Shown here in pieces: positions 1 through 13,869 of a stretch of 64,000 bases of DNA. Origin of the DNA: Octopus vulgaris (lineage: Eukaryota). A program made the position numbers and the translations under genes. How positions within the stretch are numbered: the first letter of the stretch is position 1; each line of letters starts with the position of its first letter. Where the stretch lies: contig OX597823.1 in the NCBI GenBank assembly GCA_951406725.2, positions 36,890,001-36,954,000 on the forward strand, given 5' to 3'. A model generated the notes under the pieces. It was not told the DNA's origin, searched no databases, and was given only the letters and a program-made list of their open reading frames with translations.

Positions 1-128
1 AAACATACAAAAAAACTTCCTTGCGTCTAATATGCGCATACCACCAATGGGAGATTGACCCGAGATTAAAAATAATCATGGTTTTGAAACATTTAGTTTG
101 TATTTCCACTAGATACAGTAATCTATTC

Positions 129-130
<2 letters not shown>

Positions 131-178
<48 letters not shown>

Positions 179-283
179 TAATAATAATAATAATGGTAGT
201 AATAATAATAATAAGAGAGAGAGAGAGAGAAAGAGAAAGAGGGAGAGGGAGAGAGAGAAAGAGAGAGAAAGAGAGAGAGGGAG

Positions 284-314
<31 letters not shown>

Positions 315-320
315 GAGGGA
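131..320. repeat. (AAT)n followed by (GA)n microsatellites
   Basis: Direct reading of the sequence. Explains the poly-N and ER-repeat ORFs. Confidence 0.95.
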
Positions 321-621
321 GATTGTCACGACAGAATTCATAAAAAATCGCAGACGAGATTTACGATTCTGCGGATATGCGGTAGTTTCCGCAAACAATT
401 ATTCATTCCGCGAATAACCGGGACCGCGAATGCTGAACCCCGAATAAGCGGGATATATACATATCTTTGTGTATGTATGTATGTATGTATGTATGTATGT
501 ATGTATGTATGTATGTATGTATGTATGTATGTATGTATGTATATATATATATATATAATAAAAGAAGGAAAATGTACACACTTTACATAGCTTTAATATA
601 TTTTAAAATATATCTTCTATT

Positions 622-654
622 TATCGACCGGTTTCGCTTTCGCTAATCATGACA
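622..654 (-). ncRNA. Minimal type I hammerhead-like motif, A3-U8 core variant
   Basis: Minus strand reads UGUC-AUGAUUA-GC gaaa GC-GAAAC CG GUC-GAUA. Confidence 0.55.
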
Positions 655-2570
655 TTGAAATTATTATAATTTCGTATTTTCTTCAGGAGATTTTAGTTCA
701 TGTTGTGTGTAGACAAGTTTATGATATATATATATATATATCAATTTACAGACTACTATCCCGCACGGACTTAACACAACTTCCTCCTCCTGGTGACCGC
801 TTCTACACCTCTCGCAACAAGCAACATTATTTCTTTTCTCATTTTTCATTTCTTACTTGTAATTGCGTCTTTTATATTGGATTAACTTCCTTATATTTTA
901 TTGTTTTTATAATTTTTTTGTTTGTAATTTATTGTTTTTATAAATTATTGTTTACATTTCTATATACACTCCTACACACACATTCTTACATGTCCACGAA
1001 CGCACATATACCTCCCACAGACGACACACATACAACATACATACATGCACATATATACACACATACTTCCACACGAACGTACATATACCTCCAACACACC
1101 ACACACATACAACATACATACATGCACATATACACAAACATACTTCCATACACATACACACACGCATACATACACATACACACACACCCGCATACACCCA
1201 CGCGCACACACGCATATGCGCGTACACCCACACGTACACAAACGTACACACACACACATACACACGCACAGGAATGTGTATCCGAAAGGGGTGCCAATAG
1301 AGAAGGGAAGAAAGAAGAAAGAGAGGAAGAAGAAATAAGTGTGTTGACATTTATATCACTGTTCAGTTCTTTCAATCCAATGTTTGATTCCTGTGCTGAT
1401 ATGGGTTGGAGAATCTGGATGAAAGATTGTTTTTATTTATGTTTTTATTTTACATATGTGTAGTACTGTGTGTGTATGTGTGTGTGTGTGTTTAATACAA
1501 TTTACTTTACAAAATTGGTCCTTCACCTAGTACAAATTATTGTAGAAATATTTTCAGCCATTCAATTTGGGGGCGAACTTTGTTATGAAGTATTTCCCCA
1601 TGTTTTTCCTGAAGGAGGTGTCATTCTTTGGGCATTTGTAGAAAGGAAAGATCTTAAATTTTCTTTCTCCACATGTATCTAGGTGTTTACTCAGTGGAAT
1701 CTTTCGCAGTTCCTCCTGTCGGACATGTTGTCGGTGAATTCTGGCTCGTTGGCATAAAGAATTTCCAGTTTCACCTATATAATTCCCCTTGCATGTGGGG
1801 CAGGTTATGCAGTATATTACGGTCTGCGTCTTGCAGTTCCTATCTGCATTTACTTTGAATATGTGACCACTCTTAGATTTATTTGTTTGTCTCCCTCTAT
1901 ATATTTGTAGGTGGGGTTACTGCAGATCCCACACCATCTCCGCACTCTTTTACAAAGAATTCGGTTTTAGTTTCTGATGAGAATTTCGCTCTTGTTAGTT
2001 GTTTCTTCAGGTTTTTGTTTAATATGTTTCCCATTTTGGGGCTTTGTAGGACTATTGGTAAGTTTGAATGTATGATTTGAAACATGATGGTAACTCCAGG
2101 GTTGTGTGTGTTTATGAAAGAGATGATGTTTTCTTTGTTTTACGTTTTTGGAGTTCTGAGTTGTATGATGTCCAGTTTCATTGCTCTTGAAATTCCATTT
2201 TTTATTAATTTGAGTGGGTATTTTGTTCTAGTAGGAAGTTTTAAAGTTCATTTAGTGTTATTTGGCGTGTTTGTGAGTCGGTTACTATGCTGCATATGCG
2301 TCTTGCCATACTATATGGAATGTTTCTTTTTATGTGGAGTGGGTGGCAGGAGTAGAAATTTAAATATTGGTGTGTGTTGGTTTCTTTCTAGTGGATGTCT
2401 GTTGTGACGATGGAGTTGCGTATCTTGATGTTGATGTCTAGGAAGGGAAGTGCGTTGTGGCTGGTATTTATCGTGAAGGTGATAGATTGGTGCAGTGTGT
2501 TGAGGAGGGTGTGGAATGTTCGTAGATCTGATCTGTTCCAAATGATGAAGCAGTCATCGAGGTAGCGCTT

Positions 2571-3350
2571 TCACTTTTTTTTGATGTCTTCTCTGAAGTC
2601 GTGTTCGAAGACTTTCCCTATTTCATTGTATAGTTTGTTCTCAAGGAAACCCATCACCAGGTTGGCATATGAAGGTACGAATTTTGTACCCATAACTGTG
2701 CCCTTTATCTGTCGGCATGTCTTGTTGTTAAATGAGAATGTGTTTTCTTCCAGTATTAATTGGGTGGCTTTGGTGATAAAGTCTGTTTTGAAACGTTTAT
2801 CTATGAGTTCCCTGTATTTTTCTACCCATTGTTTTATCTCTTCCAGACCCAGGGTGTGTGGTATGTTCGTGTATAAGTTTGTGACATCGAAGCTTGCAAG
2901 TATGGTGTTTTCCGGAACTATATTTGGAATGTGTTTGAGGAAGTCTATGTCATCCCTTATGTAGCTTGGTATCAGTGGGCATAAAGGTTTGAGGAGTATA
3001 TCTATGAAGTGGCTTAGTTGTTGTGTTGGCGCCTGAGGCCCTTCCACTATTGGTCTCATTGTGAGGTCTGCGGACCTTTGTATTCTTATATAGTGGTTCC
3101 TCTGTTCCTTTATGGCTCTCTGCATTTCAGAGCTTTTATGAACTTTAGGTAATCTATAAAAGTTGCTTTCTTTGGTTCTTGAGTTGCATAAATAGTCTTT
3201 CTCCTTGTCTGTAAAGGAGTCCTGGTATTCATTGACTAATGTTCTAATTTTTTTTATTGTTGCTTTCTCCGGTGGTGTTGGTTCCTCTTTATAGTATGTC
3301 TGGTTGTTAAGCAACTCCAGTATCTTTTCTTTGTAGTAATCTGTATCCAT
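2571..3350 (-). pseudogene. PLE reverse transcriptase fragment
   Basis: The 259-aa ORF carries FYRLPKVHK, MRPIV, ASFDVTNLYTNIP and GTVMGT motifs. It is frameshifted before YLDD. Confidence 0.9.
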
Positions 3351-4265
3351 AATTACTATTGCCCCACCTTTCTCAGCTTCTTTTATAATGATCGATTTGT
3401 CATTTTTTAGTTTTTGTAAGGCTTGTTTTTCTCCTCTGCGGAGGTTCTGTTTGCATTTATGTGTGTTGAGAGGGAATTTGGAGATTGTCTCTATGTATGC
3501 GTCTAGGTGTTTGTCACTTCCCTTGTAAGGGGTGAAATGGGATATTTATCTTATGATTGAGTTATCTTCAGTTTCTTTATTTTCAAAGAATTCCATAAGG
3601 CGGAGGACAGGCTGAAGTTGTCTATATCAGGTTTTAGTTCAATGAGATTTGGAGTGGGTGTGGGTGTAAATTTGAGGCCTTTTAGTAGTAGGTTGATTTC
3701 ATTTTCGTTAAGTTCTCTTTCAGAGAGGTTTATTATTTTGGGGTCTATGTGTTTTGTGTGTTCATTCGGAATTTTTGGTGTGTTGGGTCTGGAGTATGTT
3801 TGAAGTATCCTTTCCCTAAAAGGGGGTTGTGTTGTTGCGTCTCCAAATTCCATTTTCAGGTCTTAGGTTTTCTTGTAGCAGGTCTATATGGTCTGTATGT
3901 ATTGTTTTGTCTGTGGTAGTTGTTTCCTTCCCATCTTCTGTGTTTGTTGGGCCAATTTCCATTCCTGGGGTTCAGGTTTCTTTGTGGGTAGTTGGATGGT
4001 TCATGTTGTGTGTTTCATATATATATATGAAAAACCTAAGGATTCCACTTCGCTACTCCCATAATTTAATAACCTGTCTATTCTTTTTTTGCATGGGCAT
4101 ATATGCATTACATTATTTATATTAATTGATGACTAACTATTTTATTAGTTTATATTTTTATATTATGTATTAATTTTAATGGTATACTGTTTTTTTCCTG
4201 TTTGCTTTTTTAATGTTTTCATTATGTTTTCAATATGTTATATATAAATTTCTTTGTACCTTCTT

Positions 4266-4369
4266 CCCTGATGATATTCTGGCTGATAATAATTAACCAA
4301 ATTGATTTATTTAAATAAAATTTGATTGATTCTTATGCTATATCAGCGAAGAATTGAAACAATTGTAGG
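4266..4369 (+). ncRNA. Type I hammerhead-like motif with long stem II, weak stem I
   Basis: cc-CTGATGA-t ATTCT g GCTGATA...TATCAGC ga AGAAT t-GAAAC AATT GTA-gg. Confidence 0.55.
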
Positions 4370-4458
4370 TCTTATGAATGTATTGATAAATTTTCATTAA
4401 TCGTATCGCCATCTTCTCTCTTGGTTTATACACACATACATACACACACACACGCGCG

Positions 4459-5124
<666 letters not shown>

Positions 5125-5370
5125 CCTCTCAACTTCTGTTCTTTCAACATGTGATCTCTTGAGCATCACCAGCAAAAAATATTTTTTCTTCTGTCTTCCC
5201 TTCTTGGGATCTTTCCTTCTCCTTGTTTCCGACGAAGGGCTCCGCTCGAAACGTTAAACCCTCCTTCCCTTCTTTCCTGAGCGTCAATAATACTTTAATT
5301 GTTCCACGTCCTCGCGTTGCTGTGTTTTTTTTCTCTTTTTTCCTGTGTTTTCTTGTTTGGATTAACTTTA
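5125..5370 (+). mobile_element. Small (TA)n-flanked non-coding element with HHR-like motif at 5225-5259
   Basis: GTTT-CCGACGA-A-GGGC tcc GCTC-GAAAC GTT-AAAC. Downstream CCTGAGCGT..AATAC similarity to the elements at 45647 and 59085. Confidence 0.6.
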
Positions 5371-5444
5371 TATATATATATATATATACCAGATATTCCC
5401 CAAAATGTATACTCATATTGAATTATATAGCCAGTGCTTATTAA

Positions 5445-6420
5445 GATATATCTAATTTTCATAATTAACTAGCATCTACAGACAAAATTTCATTTTTTAT
5501 GATTGTTTTCAAACTGATCACAGTTCCGGTTTAGGCACTGCTGCGCAAGGCAAAGTAATTGCAAATATTAGCAAACATTTCATTCGCTATTTCGTCGACT
5601 GTTGCCGTTTTGTACTGTAAACGTTATCCTCATAAAAAATTCTAGTACTCTGAGTTACGTTGAACATAGTGGGTATTCTACTGAACCTCTTAATCCAATC
5701 CTTCTGTTTAGTCCTTAACATTATTATGGTAGTACTATGATAGTATGGGAATGCACCATCTTGCTGGAAATAAAACTCACCATCTTCAAAGATCTCTTGT
5801 ATGGTTGGTACGAAAGATTGTTGCTGCAAGTTCAAGTAAATTGGACCCGTCATATAACCATTAAAAAAGAATGGTTCAATAAATCCGTGCCATGCTGTAA
5901 TACCTGGTAAATTAACATGGTGTTGCCTGTAATATATAGATTCTCAGGTCCCCAGTAAGTACAGCTGTGACGGTTAATTGAGCCATTTAAATATAAATAC
6001 AGCCTTGTCACCCCAAACAATCTTTGTTGGGAAGTGTGAATCTTCTATACATCTTGCCAAAATACTACTCGCTGAACTCTATACTTCGGTCCGGACCATC
6101 TTCACTGAGAGCATGGACTCTTCTTGGAATGGGACTTTTCTAATGACAGCACCTAAAAACGTTTTGGATGCTTGACTTTGAAATTCTTATCTCATTACTC
6201 ACTTGCCGCACAGTCTTTCTTGAACTTTGCCAATACATTTTTAGTGCCCTTTCTCACTTTTTGGGATACTTGATGATCGCTGTCTTCCGGAATGTTTCTT
6301 GTGGACATTCTGAACAATTCTACCTACTTCATAATTTTTTCTAATTCCAGTGATACTAAGTCGCGTTTAGTGTCAGTTGAAGTTTCTCACACTCTCACAC
6401 TGCTGAAACTGTCATCTTTA
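5445..6420 (-). mobile_element. Tc1/mariner transposase remnant
   Basis: Minus-strand peptides [27 protein letters not shown] and [12 protein letters not shown], with many stops. Confidence 0.75.
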
Positions 6421-7458
6421 TGGACTGCAAATTTCCCCCCTGGTTTGTCTCTGAATCAATAGTCAATAGACTGCAGAAGGATTTGAAGTATTTGGCAAGC
6501 TTCATTGCACCCATGGAAGATTACAGAGGACCGAGTTACATCAGAATTTATAGAATGTCTGTAGAAACGAGATTCACCATTGTAGACAAAATGTTAATGG
6601 CTTGGTAGTAAAGGTGTACCGAGCTGAGAGTCGACTAACTTAGCTTAGAGGATTCTTATCCAGACACCGTTGAAGTATTTGATTGCGACAACGGCAATAA
6701 CACTGCTTTTCATAAACGTTTCGTTCGTAACAAACCAGTGAAAGACGTGTATCCGGCTCAAGGGGTTTTCTGAAGAAGGGTGTTAGACACAGGGGACAAA
6801 GAATATGATTGTATGATTGTTTACAACTGGTTATGTATAGTTTAAGATTAGCAAGTGAGGATGACTCATCAGTATTGGTAAGTCAGAGAGAGAGGGGGGA
6901 GAGAGGGATGGAGAGAGAGACAGAGAGGGAGAGAGGGATAGAGGGAGAGAGAGAGAGAGGGGGAGAGGGATGGAGAGAGAGACAGAGGGGGAGAGAGGGA
7001 GAGAGAGAGAGAGTAATCTTGTGAATGAGGCACACGGTCTGTCTATAAATTCGAGTAGCTCCTTGTGAAAAGAAAAACTGGGTGAGTATTAACTGTGACG
7101 GGATATGCTTAAGAGAGATGGAAGGGTTTTAGTTGGGGATAATCGCATTATTGCTTGAAGGGAGTTGAAAATGTTTTAACTTGATATCTGATGGAAGAGT
7201 GCGGGGTTGAGGATTACTCAAAATTGGAAGAGACCCCCCCCCACAACAATAGAAAGAGACGTGAATGTTATGTATTTGGGTGGTAGGAGAGATTAGATAT
7301 TGTGTGGAAGATAAGGTTCTAACGAACCAAAACTGCAACAGAACTTTATCCGAACTTATAAACAATTAATTTCACGAAGGTCACTTAGAAAAACCTTCAA
7401 CATCACATAATCTTATTCCTTCTCCCCTCCAATTAGAATATCATGTCTCTGTAAGAAA

Positions 7459-7523
7459 CCAGTGTTTTGTAAATGTCTTCCAGTGTTTTGTAAATGTCTT
7501 CCAGTGTTTTGTAAATGTCTTCC
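7459..7523. repeat. 21-bp tandem repeat x3 (CCAGTGTTTTGTAAATGTCTT)
   Basis: Direct reading of the sequence. Confidence 0.9.
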
Positions 7524-9329
7524 AATTTAAAGACTGTGTCTTAGCCAAGACTTCTCTATAGAATTGTTAAAGTATTAAGAGCAAGGGCCACACAATATAT
7601 GCATTTGTTTCCTTACTTCATCTACGTAATCTGAAACAATCAATCGCAAGATTATTGGTCAACAGTATGAGTCGCATTGTCTATAGGGCTCTGACTTTCT
7701 AGCAAAGACAGCTCGCAATCCCTCAGTCCATTTGGCTGTAAATAAGTTTCATATGGACGATTCAACCTTGTAGAAGGACAATGCCTAAGATCGACAACAG
7801 ATCAGTGTATTTATTGTAAAAAGGGTTGGATGTTTGTCTCTCCCCTTAATATTTTTGATGCGAAGTAACCATTCAGCTGGTTACCTACGAAATGAATACC
7901 AGTGATGTAATTGGGTAGATCTCATTAACTTTACACTTCTAACTACGGAGAAAATCATTATTTTTACTTGTGTCAGGCGTCTTATTTCACAGCTCAGAGC
8001 TAATTTCAATTCCGCGATCACGCGTCTTTGCTTGTGTGTTATACGTGTGCGTATATGCGTGTGTGTATGTGTGTGCGTGTATTGTGTAAGTGTGCGTTTC
8101 AGGGGTTCATTGCACATTTGTATGAACTATTCCGAGCACTGAATATGATGCCTATGAAAGGATAGAGAGAGAGAGAGAGAAAGAAAGAGAGAGAGGGAAA
8201 GAGAGAGAGAGAGAAAGAGGGAAAAGATTGTGAGGGTAAAAGATCTACGTGAATCTGATGGCGGGGAAACTACATAGCTTTAGTAACAACTCGTTAAAGA
8301 TATCTCGATAAATTCGGTGAAAAAAGGTAGCCATCCAGATGGAAAGTGATAGCAGGAGAGAGAGGAGATAGATAGATAGATAGATAAATAGAGAGAGAGA
8401 GAGAGAGAGAGAGGGGGAGAGACAGACAGAGAGTGAGTGGTGGGGAGAGATTGTGAGAATGATTGTGAGGGTATGAGAATGTAAAAAAATAAGTGTGAAA
8501 AATATATAATCTGCTGTCTACTCTATGTATGTATGTATGTATGTATGTATGTATGTATGTATGTATGTATGTATGTATGTATGTATGTATGTATGTATGT
8601 ATGCATGCATGTATGTATGTTTGTATGTATGTATGTATGTATGTATGTATGTATCTATCTATCTATCTCTTCTCTTATCACATTAATAAATATATATATA
8701 CATACTACACACATGCGCGTGCGCATGCAAGGTTTGTGCAAAATAATGGAAACACTTTACATTTAACTATTTTTTCTATATTACAATTTCAAAACTGTTC
8801 TAGCCTATATTCATGTGTTCATGCACCTTGTTCTTTATAGGAATTTCAACCGTGTTTCGTGGTCTGCTACCACAACAGCTCTTTTATAGGATCCAGTTAG
8901 CTCAAGACATCATCAGGAGAAACCACGAAACCACGTCCGGTTTCGGCCCCTACTCTTCTACCGTTTTGACGTGCCCCCTCCCCCTTCGGAGGTCTCTTCA
9001 GCTCTGGTGTTGAGTGCATGTCTTCTTTCTCCTTTCTTCTGTTCCCTGGCCTCTTCGATGTAGCGTCAACGAGTGCCAGCGGGCGACTGACTGTCTTGTC
9101 AAATTTCCCTTTAAATACCCGCAGCTAGGCTCCAGCAGGAAGCCCCAGCAAGTGGTCACGTGACACTGTCTAAACTTTAACTGACCAATGGAGGGCGTGT
9201 ATTCTTAGCCCACGCATTCTCTAAACGAGACCGTCACCTGTCAATCAGCGAAGCTACTTCAGTGTCAGCCTGTCTCACCTAGTAATGTTATTTTCCTGCC
9301 GGCATGTTATGACTTTCAAGCCATTTTTG

Positions 9330-9587
9330 GTCTTCCCGCTTCAGCCATAGAAGCTGGCTTTTTCGACCGCCTCCTGTATTCTCCTTATTAGTTTTCTCAG
9401 TTCCGAGCTAGAAAATGCAAATCTTCTTTTGAATAACGTTGTCCTTTTTCTTGCAATGAAGCCCCTAGACCCCACTGCCAGGTAGTAATACTCGACATTC
9501 CATCCCTGTTCTCTGCACTCTTCGATTAATTTTTCGTACCTCTTCTTTCGTTTCTCTGCATTGTCGATGTTCTCTTCCCATGGCAGG
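9330..9587 (-). mobile_element. 3' fragment of an RLE-type non-LTR retrotransposon (Hero/NeSL-like)
   Basis: Minus strand PWEENIDNAEKRKKRYEKLIEECREQGWNVEYYYLAVGSRGFIA matches the C-terminal part of a restriction-like endonuclease. Confidence 0.8.
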
Positions 9588-10525
9588 TGTTAGAAGAGAG
9601 TGTAGGATAAAAGCCCTTCGGACAAAAGCCCACGGTTACATTTTTCGGTTATTTTCTTTGGGTTTTTTTCACCTTTTACTTGTTTCAGTCATTAAACTGT
9701 GGCCATGCTGGGGTCACCTCCTTAAAGAATTTTTAGTCGAATGCATCGACGCCAGAATTTTAAAAATTTTTACTTGTTGTAGCAGTTATTAGACTGCAGC
9801 CATGCTGGGACACTGCCTTGAAGAATTTTTAGTCGCTGAAAAATCAGCATTTCAAAATTATAATTTATTGTCTTTTGTTTTCTTCTCTCAGCACTTACAG
9901 ATTAATGAGAATGAGCTAACCTTTTGAATTTTCTTCAGCTGTTGAAGGTCTAGCAGAATTTTGGCGCCGAAAGTTAGGGATTCAAACGTACTTCTTATCG
10001 TTTTTATATTTCTACACATTTCTTGAAGTAAATGCTTTCCATTTTGTTAGAATTTAGACAATATGTACATTGAGTAGTAAAGGGTCTTGTGTTCTGTTAT
10101 TCTACTTCACTTATTTATTTTCGATTGAGTATATTTTGTTTACTTAAAAATTGGAATTTTGGAAAATATAAGTTTATTTTACAACCGAGATTTCCGTTTT
10201 TTATATAATTTTTATATAAAAATTATAAAATTTTTTAATAAAGATTTTGCTGTTATTTCTAGCGTGTGAAGAGTCCTTTTAAGCTTAACTTCATGTGCTG
10301 GCTGACTATCAACTAAAAATGATTCTGGGGTCAATATATTCGACTTAAAATTTCTCAAGGCGGTGCCCTAGCATGGCTGCAGTCCAATGACTGAAACAAG
10401 TAAAAAGATTTTTCGAAAATAAAAAAATTCGAAGAATAACCAAAATATATATATATAACCGATGGAGTTATAAAATTTTTTCAAGAGATTTAGCTATTAT
10501 TTCTAGCATGTGGAGAGACCTAGGT

Positions 10526-10810
10526 CAGGGCCAGCCAACTCAAATTACATTGCGGGCCACTTTAATCACAGAAAGTTTTTTGAGGGCCGCTTGTATACTG
10601 GCAGAATTGAAAGCATTTTGCTTTCTCGTGCTATTATTACAACAATGAATGAATGATCGTTGGTTCAACATGAAATATTACCGTTGCAAAAACAGAAGTA
10701 TCATTCTTTTTTACTTTTCATTACAATATTTAATTTTTGATAAAAAATTTTTAAAATGTTTGTTTAAATAAACCCATTTCAAGAAAGTATTAACACCGGC
10801 GGCATGAGAG
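10526..10810 (+). mobile_element. Possible hAT-type MITE end
   Basis: Starts CAGGGCCAGCCAACTC...GCGGGCCAC...GAGGGCCGC, resembling Charlie-like subterminal repeats. I did not find the partner TIR. Confidence 0.4.
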
Positions 10811-10999
10811 TTATATACTCCACTACGCCATTGCAGCCACTGGGAAATACACAAAACATATACATTAATATATGTATTCAACAATATTTATTATACTTGA
10901 GGTGTTTTTACTTCATATGTTAATTATTAAATAGTGTCTTCAGCTTAGTAACTCGGTGTTTTCATGTTTTATGAGAGAGAAAGAGGGGGGAGTGAGAGG

Positions 11000-11058
<59 letters not shown>

Positions 11059-11707
11059 ATTTTGGTGAATAACATATTTGCAAGACAGGAAGACAACAGT
11101 CAGACTTTGAGAAGCGATTTTTCTGATGCTAAATGCATTCACCGTGAGAAATTCTAAAATACAGTCAGATCTAGAAATTTCCAAAGTTGGTGACGGCTGT
11201 AGATGCTTACTGTTAATATTACACTATACTACAGAAGAGCGACAGTATTTTCTGGATATAAGCAGCAATTTTGCTTTACTCATTTATTTTTATTTTTGGT
11301 GGGGTCAGCTGTTAAAAGGATTAAGATCGGTATGACCTTGTTACAGGATGCCTTCAAGGTGTCAGTTCCTGGATTCCCTGCCTATACGTCATACATAAAT
11401 CACAAACACAGACGTCAAAAAATCCTTCATCATGCTAACATTAATCAGTATTTTATGTCCGATATTGATTACATATCATAACAATCCGGGGAAAGATATT
11501 TTGTTAAGAGAATTTATATGGAGTCATTACAGACAACGGACAATTAGCTTTCTTATTTATAGCTCTTGATACTGATACCGTTGCCGAAACAGTATGTCAT
11601 GCATGTTTGTGTGTGTGTATGTGTGTGTGCTTACGTATTTATACTTGCGTGTATGTATGTATGTATGTATGTATGTATGTATGTATGTATGTATGTATGT
11701 ATGTATG

Positions 11708-11769
<62 letters not shown>

Positions 11770-12385
11770 AATAATGGGAAATAGAGAAAAACGTTCAAGA
11801 TGTTATTTAAATCATTTATATCTCCATATCACCGACATATGTTTCGATAGATGCATTAAAATAAATCCGAGAGGAAGAATAATGTGTTTTACTAATTCCT
11901 TAGGCCGCTTATGTGACATTTAGCTACCTTGTAACTGTTCTTCTGGATCTTTCCTTGTAAATTGAACATTCCCGTTTGTGTGTGCGTGTGTATATATATA
12001 TATATATATATATACGCGAAGTAAAACTTTCAAAGACGGTAATTTTTGTCATCGGCAATGCGCATAAACATATACTCGGTTCTGGAAACGCTATAACCGG
12101 TTAATGTGTATCATTAGGCATGCGTAACAGGATATACAGAGAAACACCTTTTCTTTTAAATGTATTACTAATGATCCTATATATATATTTATTTATATAT
12201 ATATATATATATTCGAAGTTAAGGCTTCGCTCCATCGCTCCTCGGTGTTTTAGTGTTCAGTTTTTTTAGCGAAACTTTTTCTCCAGTTTCGTTTTTACTT
12301 TTATTCTTTTTCCGTCTGTCATTCTTCGCTTCTTTCCTTATTTCCTCCTTTTTTCTCTATCTCACACACACTTTTATTAGTATAT

Positions 12386-12453
<68 letters not shown>

Positions 12454-12832
12454 GCAAGTGTGGACATGTGCACATGTATTCATGGTGTGTATAGTTCATA
12501 TTACACACCTCACCAATACATACATACATACATACATACATACATACATACATACATACATACATACATACATACATACATACATGCATGCATGCATGCA
12601 TGCATACATACATACATACATACATACATACATGCATATATACATACATACATACATATATATTAATATATAATTATAATAATAATGGGTAAAATCAATA
12701 ATAATTTTACCAGGTAGTCAGTGCGGAAATAAAAAAAAAACTTATAAGTAAATCTTTTTGGTCAACCATGTATATATAATTTTGGTCAACCCTGGTCAAC
12801 CCTGCATATACATACGTGCGTGTGTATATATA

Positions 12833-13713
12833 TCTATATATATAAAAGAGGCTTTGGGTCAAAATTGTGTGCACATTTTGCTACGTCAGAGGTTGGCGGC
12901 CAGACCAGTGGTCGGATTGAGCTGAAAATTCACACAGGCATAGAAGACGTGATGAGACAGAGAGTTGAGTAGGATAAAATTCGCCATCTGGAAAGATGCG
13001 GTTGCTATGGTGAGAAGAGTGATTTTCTATCGATTCAAGGGAGATCTAAGCCCCTCTAGATTGGCGCGATTGGCATCTAATCTATAAAATGAAGAGGGCG
13101 AACGTTGATACAAATTGGATTTTTATGTAAAAAGGGGGCTAAATGGGGCTGGAAGGGGATTAAAATTCACAGGAGGGCGTAACTTGAGGCGAGAAATTGA
13201 TTGGGAGACGTTTTGGGGGCGCTACAGTGGTTACTCTGCTGTGAAAACGGGGATTTTATTGATTTTGGGGGACACTTGGGGTCTAGATTGGACACCTTTT
13301 GCCCGATTTCAATCAAATTTTCAAGTGGAAGGCGGATTTGTAATTTAAGCGCGGAAAATGGGTTCAAAATTTTGAAAATTAAGGCAAAATTTTTGAAGTT
13401 GAAAATAATTTCTCATTTTTACGTATTTTTGCCTTTTATTTTTTATTTTTTACAGTTTTCATTTTTTCTGAAAGAAATTTACAGCTGCATGTAACCCGTG
13501 TTTAGAGGTTTCATTTACATGGTCAATCATCGAAAAATTCCCAAAATAAGTACTACATTTAACAAAGAAATCTTTTCTTTCCTTATTTTTAATCGCTCAA
13601 ATAGTGGCACGTACAAAAGGCAAGTGTGCTTTCCGTCGTCACTGCCTGATATTTATGATTGATCTTTCAAAATATTTTCTTTCTCAACTTACTCAAGATC
13701 CTTTGTTTTTTTA

Positions 13714-13758
<45 letters not shown>

Positions 13759-13869
13759 TAGAGAGTAAGAAAAAGTGCGGGAGAATGTGGCGATAAGAAA
13801 CAGAAAGGATGCAACAGAAAGTAATAACCACACCCTCACTCTCGCCTAGAGCGGGTCACCTTAAGCTAG
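12833..13869 (+). mobile_element. Non-autonomous Helitron
   Basis: Starts TCTATATATAAAA after an A. Ends with hairpin CTCGC ctaga GCGGG and CTAG before a T. No TSD. Confidence 0.75.

Larger units (their letters stand above)
557..4015 (-). mobile_element. Penelope-like element (RT + GIY-YIG), degenerate, interrupted by CA-rich repeats
   Basis: Minus-strand peptides IINLSERELNENEINLLLKGLKFTPTP, ILASFDVTNLYTNIP, GTVMGTKFVPSYANLVMG, KRYLDDCFIIW (~2520-2570) and C-terminal ELRKIPLSKHLDTCG...FKIFPFY. Homologous to the 62.3 kb PLE. Boundaries are approximate. Confidence 0.85.

Noticed and set aside
21-1463. Long ORFs of 189 and 252 aa, and similar YI/VC/HT-rich ORFs throughout the window
   Set aside because: They are translations of stop-free microsatellites and carry no domain motifs.
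8843-8922. Minus-strand CTGATGA...GAAAC ACG GTT hammerhead candidate
   Set aside because: Stems I and II are out of register with the core. At best it is a decayed remnant.
11828-11907. Minus-strand GAAAC ATAT GTC with upstream CTAAGGA
   Set aside because: G5 is lost and stems I/II do not pair convincingly.
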